NCBI GenBank assembly: GCA_004431415.1
Contig: QPMI01000040.1
Coordinates: 62,001-126,000, forward strand
Direction: 5' to 3'
DNA length: 64,000 nt
From: Cyanophora paradoxa CCMP329
Lineage: Eukaryota > Plantae > Glaucophyta
Under the pieces are notes generated by a model. That model did not search any database. It was given only the letters and a program-made list of their open reading frames with translations, and was not told the origin of the DNA. The translations under genes were made by a program, and so were the position numbers. Below are positions 43,496 through 58,100 of the stretch, piece by piece; positions within the stretch are counted from its first letter, which is position 1, and each line of letters begins with the position of its first letter.

Positions 43496-46400
43496 CCGCA
43501 TCTGGTCCGCCCCCTCTCCCTCCCTATCTCTTTCTCTTCTCACCGACGGAGGGGCAGCCGGGACCTGGACCTCTCGGCGCTGATCGAGGACGACAACGGG
43601 ATGGAGCTGCTCGTGGCCGGCCAGATCGTCCGCCTCGACCTCTCCATCCGCCAGGCCCGTCTTCCCCGCTTCTCCGCTTCTCCGGTTCTGAGAGGGGCGG
43701 CGCCGGGGTACGTGCAGGTGTACGAGCAGGTCTGGCGGCGCTCGCTGGGGGGCGACCAGGCCGGTGACGGCCCGCCCATGGTCGTCACCTACCGCCTCCA
43801 GGCGCGCCTCTCGGCCTCTCCCCTCCATTCCTTCGCCCGCTGAGGGCGCGGGCAGGGCCTGGACGGTGAGGCTACAGAGCCGATCGTGGACGCGCTGGAG
43901 GACACGGCGGGGCCGGAGCGGGACCCCGAGGAGGAGTTCGCCGCCGCCGCCGTCATGGCCCCCTCCGGCGGCCTCGACGCCCTCCTCGCCCAGGCACGCG
44001 CACCCCTCTCCCCCTTCTGAGCCCAGCTCAGCTGATCTGAACTCATCTGAGCTTAGATCCGGTCCTTCCGGACGCTGGACGTGAACGCCGACCTCGTCGC
44101 TCTCGTCCTGCGCCTCGCCCGCCACTGCGCCCTCCTCGCCGCCAACCGCGCCCGCGTGCGCCCCGCCCCGCCGGCCCTCCCCCTCCCCCGCGCCGCCTCA
44201 GACGCCTCAGATGCTGGCGCTGGGCGGGGTACGCGTGCTCCTCGACGTGCTCCGCCTGGCCTTCGCGGACGAGCGCCACGCCGACGAGGTCCGGCGCGGC
44301 CGCGGCCCAGAGGCGACCCGGCCCCGTCTGATCTCCGGCGCCTCCGTCCCGCTCCGCAGGCCGAGGCGCTGCTGCTGACGCTGGAGAGCCTGGTGGAGGC
44401 GGCGACGGCGGCGGCGGTGGCGCCGGACGCGGCGGCGGCGGCCTCGGGCGGCGACCGCGAGCGCCTCAGCGACGCGGCGGTCGTCTCCCAGCTCCGCATG
44501 TTCCTCGAGAAGGCCCGCCCGCCCGCCCTCCGTGCTCGTTCTCGGCGCCGGCTGACGGCGGCGGCCGGCAGCTCACGAGCCCGCTGGTCAAAACGCACCG
44601 CCGCGTCGCCACGACCATGACCCGCGTCCTGCAGGCGCGCCCCGCCCGCCCCGCCCCGCCCCGCCCCCGCCCCCTCCCGCCCCGCCTCTCACGGCGCCCG
44701 CCGCGCAGTTCCTGACGTACGGGCGGGCGCCGGCGATGGAGCTGATCGCCGACTACTTCGCGCCGCACCTCGACTGGGAGGCGCTCGCGGGGCCGCTCCG
44801 CTCCGACGCGCAGGCGCGCCTCCTCGTCGAATGCGCCGTCAAATTCGCGGACGCCATCCGGGTACCCCCCGCCCGCCCCCTCCCCCCTTTTCTTCGCCGC
44901 GGCTCACGGCCCCGCGCCGCGCCGCGCCGCAGGACGACGCGAACGGGCAGCGGCTGAAGGACCTGATCCTGGCGCGCGGCGTCCCCGGCCGCGCCGCCGC
45001 CTTCCTCGCCGCCACCGTACCCCCCCGCAAGTTCACGGAGGGCGACGCCGAGTGGGCGGCGGCGCTGGCGTCGCCGGCGCTGCCCTCGGCGCTGCTGCTC
45101 CTCACGGGCCTCTGCCGCGGGCATCCGGCCACGCAGCGCGTCCTCCTCGAGACGAACGTCCTGCCGCTATGCCACTTCCTCGAGCAGGTGCGCGGGGCGC
45201 GCGCCGGGGCCCGCGCCGCGCCGCGCCGGCCGCTGAGGGGCCGGCCGCCGCCGCAGATCACGCAGGGCGGGAGCAAGGTGGGGATCCAGGCGGAGAACCT
45301 GCTGGAGGCGGCGGCCGGCGGGGAGGGCGGGGCGAGGCGGACGCTGGCGTGCGCGAGGCGGTGCGGGCTCTGCGGGACGCGACGCGGCGCGAGAAGCGCA
45401 AACTCGCCCTCGCCAAGCGCGAGAAGCTCCTCGCCGACCTCGGCATGCGCCTTGACGCCGGCGGCGAGTCCGGCGCCGGCGGCGGCGGCGGCGGCGAGGC
45501 CGGCGATGCGGCGGCGCCCGAGGCGGGCCCCTCGGGCGCCGGCGGGGGCGGGCGCATCGTGGCGAGCCGGGTCCCGGGGGCGCTGGCGGGGCCGGCGGCC
45601 TGGAGGCCATCGACGCGGCGGAGGAGGCCGGCCGGGTGCGCTGCATGGTCTGCCGCGAGGGGTACGCCTACAAGCCCCGCGAGCCGATGGGCGCCTACGT
45701 CTACCTCCGCCGCGTGCCCGTCGGGGAGGCGCCCCCGCGGGCGCCGGGGTGGCGCCGGGGAGCCCGTGGGGGCGGGCGGGGCGGCTCGGGCCGGGCGAGG
45801 CCGGCGTGGCCAGCTCGTCGCACTTCAACACGATCCACTTCGCCTGCCACCGCGACGCCACCCGCGCCGAGCGCTCGCTCAAGGCCCGCCCCGCCCGCCC
45901 CGCCCCGCCCCGCCCCGCCCCGCCCCGCCCCGCCCCGGCGCCGTTCTGACGCGGCGGGGCAGGTCCCCCGCGAGGAATGGGACGGGGCGACGCTGCGGAA
46001 CAACCAGACGCGCTGCAACAACCTGTACCCCCTCGCCGGCCCGCTCGTCCCCGCGGACGCCTACGCGCAGGCGACGGACCGCTTCTGGCAGCAGGCGGCG
46101 GCCGCGCTGGGGCGGCTCGAGTGCGGCGCGCCGGCGGCGCGCCTGCGGCTCGCCCTTCACGACGCGCGCCTCCTCCTCGCCCGCCTCGCCCACCGCGAGG
46201 CCTTCGCCGGCGAGGGCGAGACGCTGCGGGGACGCGCGAGTCGAACCTCTGCCTCCTGCCCCACATCCTCTACGCCGCCGCCGCCGCCCTCGACGCCGCC
46301 GGCCCCGCCACCCGCGCCGCCCTCGCCGCCGCCCTCGCCGCCTTTGCCCAGTCCGGCCCCGCCGCCGCCGTCTCCGCTGCCGCCGGCGCCGGCATCGCCT

Positions 46401-47076
46401 CGCCCGGCGGCGGCGGCGGCGCGGCGGGCGCCACGGCGGGCGCCGAGGCGATCGCTGCGGACTTCGGCGCGGATGGCGGCGCGCACCTCGCGCTCGTCGC
46501 CGCCGTCCTCCTCCTCCCCCCGCCGAGTGGCGCGCCCGCCGCCTCGCCCTCCTCCGCCGCGCCCTCGCCGCCGGCGCCCGCCACGGGCCCCGCTACGGCG
46601 CCCCGCCCGCCTCCGCCTCCTCCTCCTCCTCCTCCTCCTCCCGCGCCGCCCCGCCCTCCCCCGGCCCCTCTTCCTCCTCCGCCCCCGCCGCGCCCGCGGC
46701 GGACTGGGGCGTGGCGGCGTCCGCCGCCTTCTTCGGTCTGGCGTGCCTCGTCCGGCGCGAGTTCGGGCCCCGGCGGGGAGCGAGGCGGCCGGCGACGGCG
46801 ACGCGGTGGCGGCGCTGTGCGAGCGCGTGCGCGCCGACGAGCGGCCCGTCCTCGCCTCCTCGCGCCGCATCGCCGAGGCCTACGCCGCCGCCTGCGCCGC
46901 CGCCGCCCCGCCCGCCGGCCCCGCCGCCCTCCTCGCCGCCCTCTTCCCCGGTCCGCCCCGCCCCCTCCAGATCGCTCGCCGGCGCGCTGACGCTCGCTCG
47001 CGCAGAGGCGGCGGAGGAGGCGGCGGCGGAGGGCGGCCTGGAGGCCCTCGTCGAGCGCGCCGCCGGCGACCGCTGA
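43496..47076 (+). pseudogene. UBR4 3' fragment, long type (hemiRING retained, variant sequence)
   Basis: Colinear with 24796-28366, introns retained. First in-frame ATG (MELLVAGQ) is at 43601. Confidence 0.85.
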
Positions 47077-49320
47077 GGGGGCGCGCGCGGACCGAACTGT
47101 AGCGGTATCTTGCATCGGTCGTGTAGGTACCGGTAGAAGAATCATACGTAGGAACGGGTAAGGTAGAACGTGAATTCAAAAGTATTGATGATGAAATGGA
47201 AATTTTCTCTTGACACTCGAAGGAAAAAGGCCCCGGCGCGATCCGAGCCCGGGGCGGGCGGGCGTAGTGAACATAGTGCCAAAATGTCGCCCCGGAAACA
47301 GCGTTTTCAGAAGGATCGGAAGGGAGCGCGCCCGGGCAGGCCTGACGGGCGGTCCCGGGGCGGACCTTCTCCGCGAGATCTAGAGCTGCTTGCGCTGCAG
47401 CTGGGCCCGCGGCCGTCCGCGCGCGCGCGCGGAGATCTAGAACATGTATCCCTGTCCGTCGCCTTTAAAGATTTCGAATTCAGCGGTACGGGTGCGCATG
47501 CGCATGTACATGTCTCGCGCGCCGCGGCCGGCGCGCATGGGCGCGCGCCAATTCGTCTTTTTTTCCCCGGTCGTCCCCCCTGCGCTTCTCCCCCCCCGTT
47601 CATTCCCCCCGAATTGTTAGCCACCGGTGGCTAACTTGCGATCGAAGGGTACAGGGTTCGGCCTCCTGAAATTGATCTCATAGAAGAACGAGCTCTCTGT
47701 CTCTCTCGATCTGGCGCGCTCTACGCAGTCTAGGCGCCACTAATGGCGAGCTGCGGGGTCTACGAATGAGGGGACGGGCCGGAGGCGAGGCGGAGGGTGG
47801 CGGCGGAGGGCGCCGCCGGCGGCGGCTCCAAGGCTCGGTCAGGGCCGCCGCGAGACCCTCTCACGGGACGGCGCCCCGCGCCGCCCACCAGCAGCGACGC
47901 CCGCAGCGCAGGCTCCAGCGGGGCCGGCGGCGGCGCTAGGGCGAGGTCGAGGAGGGCGGGGACTCGCCGGGGAGGGCGCCGGCTAGGGCGGCAGGCCGGC
48001 GGCCTCGAGCTCCAGGCGGCGCTGCTCCTTCGAGAGCGCCGACGAGGCTGGACGCCGCCGAGCCGAGCCCGGCACCCTGCTCCGGGCGGCGTGGCGGGAG
48101 AGGAGGGCCGCGAGGGGCCGCGCGACGCCGCTGCCGGCCGAGCTGCAGGGGACGCTGCAGCGGCGGAGGGCGGCGACACGCCAGGCTCCGGAAGGCGCTG
48201 CTGCAGACTCTGAGAGGAAAGCGAAGAATCGCGATTAGATGGCGTTCACGGACTCGTAGCCAGAGCAGCGTACCGTGCTGCGCCGGGGTGTAGCTGCGCC
48301 GCCTGGGCGCGGTCGGTTGGAGGATCTGCCCGCAACTGCCGTAACTGCCGTAACTGCCGCCATGCCGTAACTGCCGTAACTGCCGCCAGCGCCGCGCGTC
48401 CGATCGCTTCCGCGTGAGCCACCGCTGCGCGCTTTGGAGTGAGGCGGGCGCGCTAAGCGGCCGGGCCTTGACGACGCACGGAATTCAGGTAGCTATAGCG
48501 CGCGTCGGGCGACGGGCTGCGAAAGTTGCGTGGCACCGGCGCCGCTGGGCCGCAGTGGGCGCCCGCTCCGGAGGGCGCCGCCATCGCCGTCGCTGCTGAC
48601 CCGCACCGGCGGCAACATCGCCGCGCCTCGATTGCCGCTGCCCACCGGCACCGATTCAAGCAGGAATGGACAGCTGCGGTCTTCGGCCCACGCTTCCCGC
48701 GCTGCCGATCCATTCTTGATGCGAGACCCCGAGCCCGAAAAGCTGCGCTGGCATCTTGATTCTGGACCGATCTGTGGGGCTTCAGCGTGATAGAAAGCGG
48801 GTCTCTCAGCGTTCGCACCGGATGCGCGGCTGCTTGCCGACTCCTGGACATCTTGCGGCCATCGCTTCCAGCCATTGCCGTTGCTTCCGCCGCCTGGCTG
48901 TGCGGCGCGGGCCGTCTGGCTGTCCGCCCGCTCGCTTTGGAGCGAGATCTTGTCATCTTGCCCGCTGTGCAGCCCGGGGTACAGCCCGCTGTGCAGGCTC
49001 CTTCTGATCACGGCTTCAGCGATGCTTCTCTGCGATTTGGTACGCTCGCGTTCCTTCTCACTCGGCTCCTGTACCGCTCTGATCGCCGAGGCTCGCAGAG
49101 CTCGCTTCGCCTCGCGCGCGGCGCCGGCACATGTTCAACCGAAACACGCGCGCGCGAGCGGGGCCTCGCGCCCGTCGGATCGCACACCATCGCCCTCGCT
49201 TGCGACTCTGCCGCATCATCGGAGAGCCCGCGGTGCCCGCGCCCGCCGAGCTCGAGGCCCGTCGACCCGTCGCGGCGCCGGCGCCGGCGGCGCGGTGCGG
49301 GAGGAGGGCGCGCGGTGCGG

Positions 49321-52300
49321 CCGCATCTGGTCCGCCCCCTCTCCCTCCCTATCTCTTTCTCTTCTCACCGACGGAGGGGCAGCCGGGACCTGGACCTCTC
49401 GGCGCTGATCGAGGACGACAACGGGATGGAGCTGCTCGTGGCCGGCCAGATCGTCCGCCTCGACCTCTCCATCCGCCAGGCCCGTCTTCCCCGCTTCTCC
49501 GCTTCTCCGGTTCTGAGAGGGGCGGCGCCGGGGTACGTGCAGGTGTACGAGCAGGTCTGGCGGCGCTCGCTGGGGGGCGACCAGGCCGGTGACGGCCCGC
49601 CCATGGTCGTCACCTACCGCCTCCAGGCGCGCCTCTCGGCCTCTCCCCTCCATTCCTTCGCCCGCTGAGGGCGCGGGCAGGGCCTGGACGGTGAGGCTAC
49701 AGAGCCGATCGTGGACGCGCTGGAGGACACGGCGGGGCCGGAGCGGGACCCCGAGGAGGAGTTCGCCGCCGCCGCCGTCATGGCCCCCTCCGGCGGCCTC
49801 GACGCCCTCCTCGCCCAGGCACGCGCACCCCTCTCCCCCTTCTGAGCCCAGCTCAGCTGATCTGAACTCATCTGAGCTTAGATCCGGTCCTTCCGGACGC
49901 TGGACGTGAACGCCGACCTCGTCGCTCTCGTCCTGCGCCTCGCCCGCCACTGCGCCCTCCTCGCCGCCAACCGCGCCCGCGTGCGCCCCGCCCCGCCGGC
50001 CCTCCCCCTCCCCCGCGCCGCCTCAGACGCCTCAGATGCTGGCGCTGGGCGGGGTACGCGTGCTCCTCGACGTGCTCCGCCTGGCCTTCGCGGACGAGCG
50101 CCACGCCGACGAGGTCCGGCGCGGCCGCGGCCCAGAGGCGACCCGGCCCCGTCTGATCTCCGGCGCCTCCGTCCCGCTCCGCAGGCCGAGGCGCTGCTGC
50201 TGACGCTGGAGAGCCTGGTGGAGGCGGCGACGGCGGCGGCGGTGGCGCCGGACGCGGCGGCGGCGGCCTCGGGCGGCGACCGCGAGCGCCTCAGCGACGC
50301 GGCGGTCGTCTCCCAGCTCCGCATGTTCCTCGAGAAGGCCCGCCCGCCCGCCCTCCGTGCTCGTTCTCGGCGCCGGCTGACGGCGGCGGCCGGCAGCTCA
50401 CGAGCCCGCTGGTCAAAACGCACCGCCGCGTCGCCACGACCATGACCCGCGTCCTGCAGGCGCGCCCCGCCCGCCCCGCCCCGCCCCGCCCCCGCCCCCT
50501 CCCGCCCCGCCTCTCACGGCGCCCGCCGCGCAGTTCCTGACGTACGGGCGGGCGCCGGCGATGGAGCTGATCGCCGACTACTTCGCGCCGCACCTCGACT
50601 GGGAGGCGCTCGCGGGGCCGCTCCGCTCCGACGCGCAGGCGCGCCTCCTCGTCGAATGCGCCGTCAAATTCGCGGACGCCATCCGGGTACCCCCCGCCCG
50701 CCCCCTCCCCCCTTTTCTTCGCCGCGGCTCACGGCCCCGCGCCGCGCCGCGCCGCAGGACGACGCGAACGGGCAGCGGCTGAAGGACCTGATCCTGGCGC
50801 GCGGCGTCCCCGGCCGCGCCGCCGCCTTCCTCGCCGCCACCGTACCCCCCCGCAAGTTCACGGAGGGCGACGCCGAGTGGGCGGCGGCGCTGGCGTCGCC
50901 GGCGCTGCCCTCGGCGCTGCTGCTCCTCACGGGCCTCTGCCGCGGGCATCCGGCCACGCAGCGCGTCCTCCTCGAGACGAACGTCCTGCCGCTATGCCAC
51001 TTCCTCGAGCAGGTGCGCGGGCGCGCGCCGGGGCCCGCGCCGCGCCGCGCCGGCCGCTGAGGGGCCGGCCGCCGCCGCAGATCACGCAGGGCGGGAGCAA
51101 GGTGGGGATCCAGGCGGAGAACCTGCTGGAGGCGGCGGCCGGCGGGGAGGGCGGGGCGAGGCGGACGCTGGCGTGCGCGAGGCGGTGCGGGCTCTGCGGG
51201 ACGCGACGCGGCGCGAGAAGCGCAAACTCGCCCTCGCCAAGCGCGAGAAGCTCCTCGCCGACCTCGGCATGCGCCTTGACGCCGGCGGCGAGTCCGGCGC
51301 CGGCGGCGGCGGCGGCGGCGAGGCCGGCGATGCGGCGGCGCCCGAGGCGGGCCCCTCGGGCGCCGGCGGGGGCGGGCGCATCGTGGCGAGCCGGGTCCCG
51401 GGGGCGCTGGCGGGGCCGGCGGCCTGGAGGCCATCGACGCGGCGGAGGAGGCCGGCCGGGTGCGCTGCATGGTCTGCCGCGAGGGGTACGCCTACAAGCC
51501 CCGCGAGCCGATGGGCGCCTACGTCTACCTCCGCCGCGTGCCCGTCGGGGAGGCGCCCCCGCGGGCGCCGGGGTGGCGCCGGGGAGCCCCGTGGGGGCGG
51601 GCGGGGCGGCTCGGGGCCGGGCGAGGCCGGCGTGGCCAGCTCGTCGCACTTCAACACGATCCACTTCGCCTGCCACCGCGACGCCACCCGCGCCGAGCGC
51701 TCGCTCAAGGCCCGCCCCGCCCGCCCCGCCCCGCCCCGCCCCGCCCCGCCCCGCCCCGCCCGGCGCCGTTCTGACGCGGCGGGGCAGGTCCCCGCGAGGA
51801 ATGGGACGGGGCGACGCTGCGGAACAACCAGACGCGCTGCAACAACCTGTACCCCTCGCCGGCCCGCTCGTCCCCGCGGACGCCTACGCGCAGGCGACGG
51901 ACCGCTTCTGGCAGCAGGCGGCGGCCGCGCTGGGGCGGCTCGAGTGCGGCGCGCCGGCGGCGCGCCTGCGGCTCGCCCTTCACGACGCGCGCCTCCTCCT
52001 CGCCCGCCTCGCCCACCGCGAGGCCTTCGCCGGCGAGGGCGAGACGCTGCGGGGGACGCGCGAGTCGAACCTCTGCCTCCTGCCCCACATCCTCTACGCC
52101 GCCGCCGCCGCCCTCGACGCCGCCGGCCCCGCCACCCGCGCCGCCCTCGCCGCCGCCCTCGCCGCCTTTGCCCAGTCCGGCCCCGCCGCCGCCGTCTCCG
52201 CTGCCGCCGGCGCCGGCATCGCCTCGCCCGGCGGCGGCGGCGGCGCGGCGGGCGCCACGGCGGGCGCCGAGGCGATCGCTGCGGACTTCGGCGCGGATGG

Positions 52301-52899
52301 CGGCGCGCACCTCGCGCTCGTCGCCGCCGTCCTCCTCCTCCCCCCGCCGAGTGGCGCGCCCGCCGCCTCGCCCTCCTCCGCCGCGCCCTCGCCGCCGGCG
52401 CCCGCCACGGGCCCCGCTACGGCGCCCGCCCGCCTCCGCCTCCTCCTCCTCCTCCTCCTCCTCCCGCGCCGCCCCGCCCTCCCCCGGCCCCTCTTCCTCC
52501 TCCGCCCCCGCCGCGCCCGCGGCGGACTGGGGCGTGGCGGCGTCCGCCGCCTTCTTCGGTCTGGCGTGCCTCGTCCGGCGCGAGTTCGGGGCCCCGGCGG
52601 GGAGCGAGGCGGCCGGCGACGGCGACGCGGTGGCGGCGCTGTGCGAGCGCGTGCGCGCCGACGAGCGGCCCGTCCTCGCCTCCTCGCGCCGCATCGCCGA
52701 GGCCTACGCCGCCGCCTGCGCCGCCGCCGCCCCGCCCGCCGGCCCGCCGCCCTCCTCGCCGCCCTCTTCCCCGGTCCGCCCCGCCCCCTCCAGATCGCTC
52801 GCCGGCGCGCTGACGCTCGCTCGCGCAGAGGCGGCGGAGGAGGCGGCGGCGGAGGGCGGCCTGGAGGCCCTCGTCGAGCGCGCCGCCGGCGACCGCTGA
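49321..52899 (+). pseudogene. UBR4 3' fragment, long type
   Basis: Near-identical to 43496-47076. Confidence 0.85.
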
Positions 52900-55144
52900 G
52901 GGGCGCGCGCGGACCGAACTGTAGCGGTATCTTGCATCGGTCGTGTAGGTACCGGTAGAAGAATCATACGTAGGAACGGGTAAGGTAGAACGTGAATTCA
53001 AAAGTATTGATGATGAAATGGAAATTTTCTCTTGACACTCGAAGGAAAAAGGCCCCGGCGCGATCCGAGCCCGGGGCGGGCGGGCGTAGTGAACATAGTG
53101 CCAAAATGTCGCCCCGGAAACAGCGTTTTCAGAAGGATCGGAAGGGAGCGCGCCCGGGCAGGCCTGACGGGCGGTCCCGGGGCGGACCTTCTCCGCGAGA
53201 TCTAGAGCTGCTTGCGCTGCAGCTGGGCCCGCGGCCGTCCGCGCGCGCGCGCGGAGATCTAGAACATGTATCCCTGTCCGTCGCCTTTAAAGATTTCGAA
53301 TTCAGCGGTACGGGTGCGCATGCGCATGTACATGTCTCGCGCGCCGCGGCCGGCGCGCATGGGCGCGCGCCAATTCGTCTTTTTTTCCCCGGTCGTCCCC
53401 CCTGCGCTTCTCCCCCCCGTTCATTCCCCCCGAATTGTTAGCCACCGGTGGCTAACTTGCGATCGAAGGGTACAGGGTTCGGCCTCCTGAAATTGATCTC
53501 ATAGAAGAACGAGCTCTCTGTCTCTCTCGATCTGGCGCGCTCTACGCAGTCTAGGCGCCACTAATGGCGAGCTGCGGGGTCTACGAATGAGGGGACGGGG
53601 CCGGAGGCGAGGCGGAGGGTGGCGGCGGAGGGCGCCGCCGGCGGCGGCTCCAAGGCTCGGTCAGGGCCGCCGCGAGACCCTCTCACGGGACGGCGCCCCG
53701 CGCCGCCCACCAGCAGCGACGCCCGCAGCGCAGGCTCCAGCGGGGCCGGCGGCGGCGCTAGGGCGAGGTCGAGGAGGGCGGGGACTCGCCGGGGAGGGCG
53801 CCGGCTAGGGCGGCAGGCCGGCGGCCTCGAGCTCCAGGCGGCGCTGCTCCTTCGAGAGCGCCGACGAGGCTGGACGCCGCCGAGCCGAGCCCGGCACCCT
53901 GCTCCGGGCGGCGTGGCGGGAGAGGAGGGCCGCGAGGGGCCGCGCGACGCCGCTGCCGGCCGAGCTGCAGGGGACGCTGCAGCGGCGGAGGGCGGCGACA
54001 CGCCAGGCTCCGGAAGGCGCTGCTGCAGACTCTGAGAGGAAAGCGAAGAATCGCGATTAGATGGCGTTCACGGACTCGTAGCCAGAGCAGCGTACCGTGC
54101 TGCGCCGGGGTGTAGCTGCGCCGCCTGGGCGCGGTCGGTTGGAGGATCTGCCCGCAACTGCCGTAACTGCCGTAACTGCCGCCATGCCGTAACTGCCGTA
54201 ACTGCCGCCAGCGCCGCGCGTCCGATCGCTTCCGCGTGAGCCACCGCTGCGCGCTTTGGAGTGAGGCGGGCGCGCTAAGCGGCCGGGCCTTGACGACGCA
54301 CGGAATTCAGGTAGCTATAGCGCGCGTCGGGCGACGGGCTGCGAAAGTTGCGTGGCACCGGCGCCGCTGGGCCGCAGTGGGCGCCCGCTCCGGAGGGCGC
54401 CGCCATCGCCGTCGCTGCTGACCCGCACCGGCGGCAACATCGCCGCGCCTCGATTGCCGCTGCCCACCGGCACCGATTCAAGCAGGAATGGACAGCTGCG
54501 GTCTTCGGCCCCACGCTTCCCGCGCTGCCGATCCATTCTTGATGCGAGACCCCGAGCCCGAAAAGCTGCGCTGGCATCTTGATTCTGGACCGATCTGTGG
54601 GGCTTCAGCGTGATAGAAAGCGGGTCTCTCAGCGTTCGCACCGGATGCGCGGCTGCTTGCCGACTCCTGGACATCTTGCGGCCATCGCTTCCAGCCATTG
54701 CCGTTGCTTCCGCCGCCTGGCTGTGCGGCGCGGGCCGTCTGGCTGTCCGCCCGCTCGCTTTGGAGCGAGATCTTGTCATCTTGCCCGCTGTGCAGCCCGG
54801 GGTACAGCCCGCTGTGCAGGCTCCTTCTGATCACGGCTTCAGCGATGCTTCTCTGCGATTTGGTACGCTCGCGTTCCTTCTCACTCGGCTCCTGTACCGC
54901 TCTGATCGCCGAGGCTCGCAGAGCTCGCTTCGCCTCGCGCGCGGCGCCGGCACATGTTCAACCGAAACACGCGCGCGCGAGCGGGGGCCTCGCGCCCGTC
55001 GGATCGCACACCATCGCCCTCGCTTGCGACTCTGCCGCATCATCGGAGAGCCCGCGGTGCCCGCGCCCGCCGAGCTCGAGGCCCGTCGACCCGTCGCGGC
55101 GCCGGCGCCGGCGGCGCGGTGCGGGAGGAGGGCGCGCGGTGCGG

Positions 55145-58100
55145 CCGCATCTGGTCCGCCCCTCTCCCTCCCTATCTCTTTCTCTTCTCACCGACGGAGG
55201 GGCAGCCGGGACCTGGACCTCTCGGCGCTGATCGAGGACGACAACGGGATGGAGCTGCTCGTGGCCGGCCAGATCGTCCGCCTCGACCTCTCCATCCGCC
55301 AGGCCCGTCTTCCCCGCTTCTCCGCTTCTCCGGTTCTGAGAGGGGCGGCGCCGGGGTACGTGCAGGTGTACGAGCAGGTCTGGCGGCGCTCGCTGGGGGG
55401 CGACCAGGCCGGTGACGGCCCGCCCATGGTCGTCACCTACCGCCTCCAGGCGCGCCTCTCGGCCTCTCCCTCCATTCCTTCGCCCGCTGAGGGCGCGGGC
55501 AGGGCCTGGACGGTGAGGCTACAGAGCCGATCGTGGACGCGCTGGAGGACACGGCGGGGCCGGAGCGGGACCCCGAGGAGGAGTTCGCCGCCGCCGCCGT
55601 CATGGCCCCTCCGGCGGCCTCGACGCCCTCCTCGCCCAGGCACGCGCACCCCTCTCCCCTTCTGAGCCCAGCTCAGCTGATCTGAACTCATCTGAGCTTA
55701 GATCCGGTCCTTCCGGACGCTGGACGTGAACGCCGACCTCGTCGCTCTCGTCCTGCGCCTCGCCGCCACTGCGCCCTCCTCGCCGCCAACCGCGCCCGCG
55801 TGCGCCCCGCCCGCCGGCCCTCCCCTCCCCGCGCCGCCTCAGACGCCTCAGATGCTGGCGCTGGGCGGGGTACGCGTGCTCCTCGACGTGCTCCGCCTGG
55901 CCTTCGCGGACGAGCGCCACGCCGACGAGGTCCGGCGCGGCCGCGGCCCAGAGGCGACCCGGCCCCGTCTGATCTCCGGCGCCTCCGTCCCGCTCCGCAG
56001 GCCGAGGCGCTGCTGCTGACGCTGGAGAGCCTGGTGGAGGCGGCGACGGCGGCGGCGGTGGCGCCGGACGCGGCGGCGGCGGCCTCGGGCGGCGACCGCG
56101 AGCGCCTCAGCGACGCGGCGGTCGTCTCCCAGCTCCGCATGTTCCTCGAGAAGGCCCGCCCGCCCGCCCTCCGTGCTCGTTCTCGGCGCCGGCTGACGGC
56201 GGCGGCCGGCAGCTCACGAGCCCGCTGGTCAAAACGCACCGCCGCGTCGCCACGACCATGACCCGCGTCCTGCAGGCGCGCCCCGCCCGCCCCGCCCCGC
56301 CCCGCCCCGCCCCTCCCGCCCGCCTCTCACGGCGCCCGCCGCGCAGTTCCTGACGTACGGGCGGGCGCCGGCGATGGAGCTGATCGCCGACTACTTCGCG
56401 CCGCACCTCGACTGGGAGGCGCTCGCGGGGCCGCTCCGCTCCGACGCGCAGGCGCGCCTCCTCGTCGAATGCGCCGTCAAATTCGCGGACGCCATCCGGG
56501 TACCCCCGCCCGCCCCTCCCCCTTTTCTTCGCCGCGGCTCACGGCCCCGCGCCGCGCCGCGCCGCAGGACGACGCGAACGGGCAGCGGCTGAAGGACCTG
56601 ATCCTGGCGCGCGGCGTCCCCGGCCGCGCCGCCGCCTTCCTCGCCGCCACCGTACCCCCCCGCAAGTTCACGGAGGGCGACGCCGAGTGGGCGGCGGCGC
56701 TGGCGTCGCCGGCGCTGCCCTCGGCGCTGCTGCTCCTCACGGGCCTCTGCCGCGGGCATCCGGCACGCAGCGCGTCCTCCTCGAGACGAACGTCCTGCCG
56801 CTATGCCACTTCCTCGAGCAGGTGCGCGGGGCGCGCGCCGGGCCCGCGCCGCGCCGCGCCGGCCGCTGAGGGGCCGGCCGCCGCCGCAGATCACGCAGGG
56901 CGGGAGCAAGGTGGGGATCCAGGCGGAGAACCTGCTGGAGGCGGCGGCCGGCGGGGAGGGCGGGGGCGAGGCGGACGCTGGCGTGCGCGAGGCGGTGCGG
57001 GCTCTGCGGGACGCGACGCGGCGCGAGAAGCGCAAACTCGCCCTCGCCAAGCGCGAGAAGCTCCTCGCCGACCTCGGCATGCGCCTTGACGCCGGCGGCG
57101 AGTCCGGCGCCGGCGGCGGCGGCGGCGGCGAGGCCGGCGATGCGGCGGCGCCCGAGGCGGGCCCTCGGGCGCCGGCGGGGGCGGGCGCATCGTGGCGAGC
57201 CGGGTCCGGGGGCGCTGGCGGGGGCCGGCGGCCTGGAGGCCATCGACGCGGCGGAGGAGGCCGGCCGGGTGCGCTGCATGGTCTGCCGCGAGGGGTACGC
57301 CTACAAGCCCGCGAGCCGATGGGCGCCTACGTCTACCTCCGCCGCGTGCCCGTCGGGGAGGCGCCCCGCGGGCGCCGGGGTGGCGCCGGGGAGCCCCGTG
57401 GGGGCGGGCGGGGCGGCTCGGGGCCGGGCGAGGCCGGCGTGGCCAGCTCGTCGCACTTCAACACGATCCACTTCGCCTGCCACCGCGACGCCACCCGCGC
57501 CGAGCGCTCGCTCAAGGCCCGCCCGCCGCCCGCCCCGCCCGCCCCGCCCGCCCCGCCCCGCCCCGGCGCCGTTCTGACGCGGCGGGGCAGGTCCCCCGCG
57601 AGGAATGGGACGGGCGACGCTGCGGAACAACCAGACGCGCTGCAACAACCTGTACCCCCTCGCCGGCCCGCTCGTCCCGCGGACGCCTACGCGCAGGCGA
57701 CGGACCGCTTCTGGCAGCAGGCGGCGGCCGCGCTGGGGCGGCTCGAGTGCGGCGCGCCGGCGGCGCGCCTGCGGCTCGCCCTTCACGACGCGCGCCTCCT
57801 CCTCGCCCGCCTCGCCCACCGCGAGGCCTTCGCCGGCGAGGGCGAGACGCTGCGGGGGACGCGCGAGTCGAACCTCTGCCTCCTGCCCCACATCCTCTAC
57901 GCCGCCGCCGCCGCCTCGACGCCGCCGGCCCCGCCACCCGCGCCGCCCTCGCCGCCGCCCTCGCCGCCTTTGCCCAGTCCGGCCCCGCCGCCGCCGTCTC
58001 CGCTGCCGCCGGCGCCGGCATCGCCTCGCCCGGCGGCGGCGGCGGCGCGGCGGGCGCCACGGCGGGCGCCGAGGCGATCGCTGCGGACTTCGGCGCGGAT